Assembly: GCA_965202585.1 (NCBI GenBank)
Contig: OZ241831.1
Coordinates: 31,496,001-31,560,000, forward strand
DNA length: 64,000 bases
Source of the DNA: Thalia democratica
Lineage: Eukaryota
Direction: 5' to 3'
Part shown: positions 61,801-64,000 of the stretch, one piece after another
Layout: each line of letters opens with the position of its first letter
How positions within the stretch are numbered: position 1 is the stretch's first letter
Notes under the pieces: generated by a model
The model's input: the letters and a program-made list of their open reading frames with translations, nothing else
What the model was told of the DNA's origin: nothing
Database searches by the model: none
Program-made: the position numbers and the translations under genes

Positions 61801-63155
61801 TTACAAACTTTTTCACAGTTGTTTTGTTAAAAAATCAATTACAACGGCTCATTCAAAAAAATTATACATTTATTAAACAGTAGGGTGCTTATAAATACAG
61901 TTTGCGTTGGGGTGGTTTTCAGATAATCGAATATAGCCAGCATGAAAGTTTCTTCAAATCATCTAAAGTTTTGCACGGGGTGTTTCTGTAGTATTTGCCA
62001 AATATCAAAACTGTTTTAGCTGAAAACTCGAAGGTCGCCATATCTACAAGCAACAATCTTGTTGTTTAAGTTTGATCGATAATTAACTTCGTTTTTAATT
62101 TGTATCCATCTGTTCGACAGATCCAAAAACCGTTGAGAAGTAAGCACTGCGCGGTGTGCAACAAGTGCGTGGCGCGGTACGACCACTACTGCCCGTGGGT
62201 GGTGAACGCCATAGGTGCGGGGAACCACCACTACTTCATCTACTACCTAGGGTCGTTGCTTGGAGTGCTGTGGTGGCACATATTCGCCGCTTTCAATTGT
62301 TAGTTGTTTGTTTGTTTACAACGTAATTGTTTTAGCATAACTAATAATTTGATACTTGTAGTGTGGTTTTATGCAGTTTGTATGTATACTGCTTTCAACT
62401 TTTAGTTTTATTAGAGAAGATAAAAATGTAGTATAAAGTTATAATATTTAATAACAAGCTCAATATAACTTGTTACAGGGTTGCCACTTAACCTGGAAAC
62501 CTGGAAAAACCTGGAATTTGACAATTTAGGCAAAATAACCTGGAAAAACCTGGAATTTGAGAAATTATTTTAAAAAAACTGGAAAAACCTGGAATTTTTA
62601 ATAATTTTAACATTTTTGATATTAAAATCTCAATTTGACACAAAAAATCTATCATATAAATAAGATTTTTTTGTCATCATCAAATTTTTTTTTATTTCAA
62701 AACACATTTAAAGTAACTTTACTATGTTCTTTTACTATACATCTTTTCAATGTTTTTATACTATTTAAGACAGTTTCTTATATAGAAATTAGCTTAAAAC
62801 TAAAAATAGACCCAAAAATGTGTACTTTTAAAAACCTGGAAGAAATTTACAAAATCTGGAAAAAAAATTGAAAAAACGAGTGGCAACCCTGTTGTTAGAC
62901 AAATCACCAATCTTATAGTCTTAAGACCGCGGTTTTAAAGCACTAAACTAAACATTATTTTTTTTACTGATATACAGTGTACAGTGTATATGTACAGATT
63001 GGAGCACGGTGAGTTCTGCGCCCGATGAAGTGACGATGGTGTTGTTGAGAATGTGGCACGTGATGAGCCATTCTCCCTGGGTCACGTGGATATTCATTAA
63101 CTCCTGCCTGCATGTTTTGTGGGTGTCAGTACTGCTGTTCTCACAGCTTTACAAT
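52837..63155 (+). CDS. ZDHHC17: Ankyrin-repeat palmitoyltransferase of the ZDHHC17/HIP14 type, 3'-partial. Exons 52837-52853, 53744-53896, 55169-55288, 55617-55784, 56839-57001, 58565-58699, 59155-59294, 59822-60050, 60422-60484, 62121-62298, 62998-63155
   Basis: Exons join in frame through GT-AG introns. [10 protein letters not shown], ankyrin motifs [38 protein letters not shown] and [10 protein letters not shown] helices ending DPGF, and the [35 protein letters not shown]. The first short exon (MVDQS, donor GTAAGT) is less certain than the rest. ZDHHC17 versus ZDHHC13 cannot be separated in an invertebrate. Confidence 0.95.
56461..56711 (+). mobile_element. Short degenerate MITE family A copy
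   Basis: CCACTTAACCTGAAATTTGACAATTTAGGCTAAAA matches the start of the 62476 copy; the ends are eroded. Confidence 0.7.
57321..57722 (+). mobile_element. MITE family A
   Basis: TAGGGTTGCCAAA...TTTGGCAACCCTG; perfect 6-bp TSD TGTTGT (57315-57320, 57723-57728). Confidence 0.92.
62476..62891 (+). mobile_element. MITE family A, best-preserved copy
   Basis: Perfect 13-bp TIR CAGGGTTGCCACT/AGTGGCAACCCTG and perfect 6-bp TSD TTGTTA (62470-62475, 62892-62897). ACCTGGA repeated at both ends in the same orientation. Confidence 0.95.
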
Positions 63156-64000
63156 GTTTGTTATGATCATTTATATCTTATCTTTTGAGAGTAATGTATG
63201 TATTTTATTTGGAACCTTTATGTCCATAAACTACTAAAACTATTAGAAACAGAATTGAAAGGTATCTTTTAATAGCTAAGCCTAGCTTCAAAACTACTAA
63301 AAACTCAGGATACTTTGAATTTTTTATATAAACCTTTTTTTTATAGTATCGTTTAAACGCTTGTTCACTTAAATATCAAAGTTTATTTGTTGTTTTATAC
63401 TACTTTACTTTAAAGGACTTGTAAATCTCATTTGTTTACGTTTAGATATGACTGTGTGAGTTTTTTATCAACTAAATACTTAAGATTAACTTTTTCAAAG
63501 TTTTTTTATCTTACATATCAGTAGTTGAAAGTAAATTATGTAGTGTTTTGATTCATTACTTTTGGTAATAAAGGTTTTAAGACCTTTGCTGTTTATAATA
63601 ATAGATTTATACAGTACATTAGAATAACCCAAGGTGTAAAGCAAACAGTTTTGAGATATTATGTTATGTTTCACAACTTAGTGTTAGAAAAAAAATCAAG
63701 AATTATATAACTAATATGTTCAAAATAAGAAGGTATTTATTGATAATATTGTTTGGAAAACTGGGCTAGTTATAATTAAAATATATACAGAATGCTAATA
63801 AACAAGTATGTAGTAAGTATTGTATATTTAGTCAAATAAACGTTTTTATACTCAAATATCTTTAAAGCTTCTAATTTATTAATTTTATGTAAGTTATAGC
63901 AACAAGTAATATAAAAGTATGCTAATTTATGGAGAAATGTTTTCAATTCACTCAGGTGTTTATATTTGTTCAAAATTTACTTATTTGTTCAATTATAATT

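Overview
Eukaryotic (animal) genomic DNA with very AT-rich introns and intergenic DNA and GC-richer exons. An invertebrate, possibly a tunicate, is only an inference from the gene families and was not verified. Five host genes were reconstructed by hand. (1) The 3' part of the exosome helicase MTR4/MTREX (13 exons, +, 240-16688). (2) A single-exon secreted collagen/3xCCP/C-type-lectin gene whose frame is broken by one TAG just after the signal peptide (-, 23177-24379). (3) A two-exon BACK-Kelch gene lacking the BTB core (-, 28295-30159). (4) An intronless MCCC2-like carboxyltransferase (+, 50295-51980). (5) An ankyrin-repeat palmitoyltransferase of the ZDHHC17/HIP14 type (11 exons seen, +, from 52837, running off the end), which has DHYC instead of DHHC. 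Repeats include two decayed hAT transposase elements with 8-bp TSDs, one nested three layers deep in the last MTREX intron. There is also a CAGGGTTGCC-ended MITE family with 6-bp TSDs, a Tc1/pogo-type MITE, a LINE RT fragment, a 247-bp foldback hairpin and a 17-bp minisatellite. The least expected signals concern splicing. 14 of 24 donors are GTT-N-G(T). Many acceptors are A/C-rich with no polypyrimidine tract, and some are complementary to their own intron 5' end. At least seven exon junctions are echoed by decayed copies 90-260 bp away in the adjacent intron. All alignments and counts were done by eye; no database searches were run.
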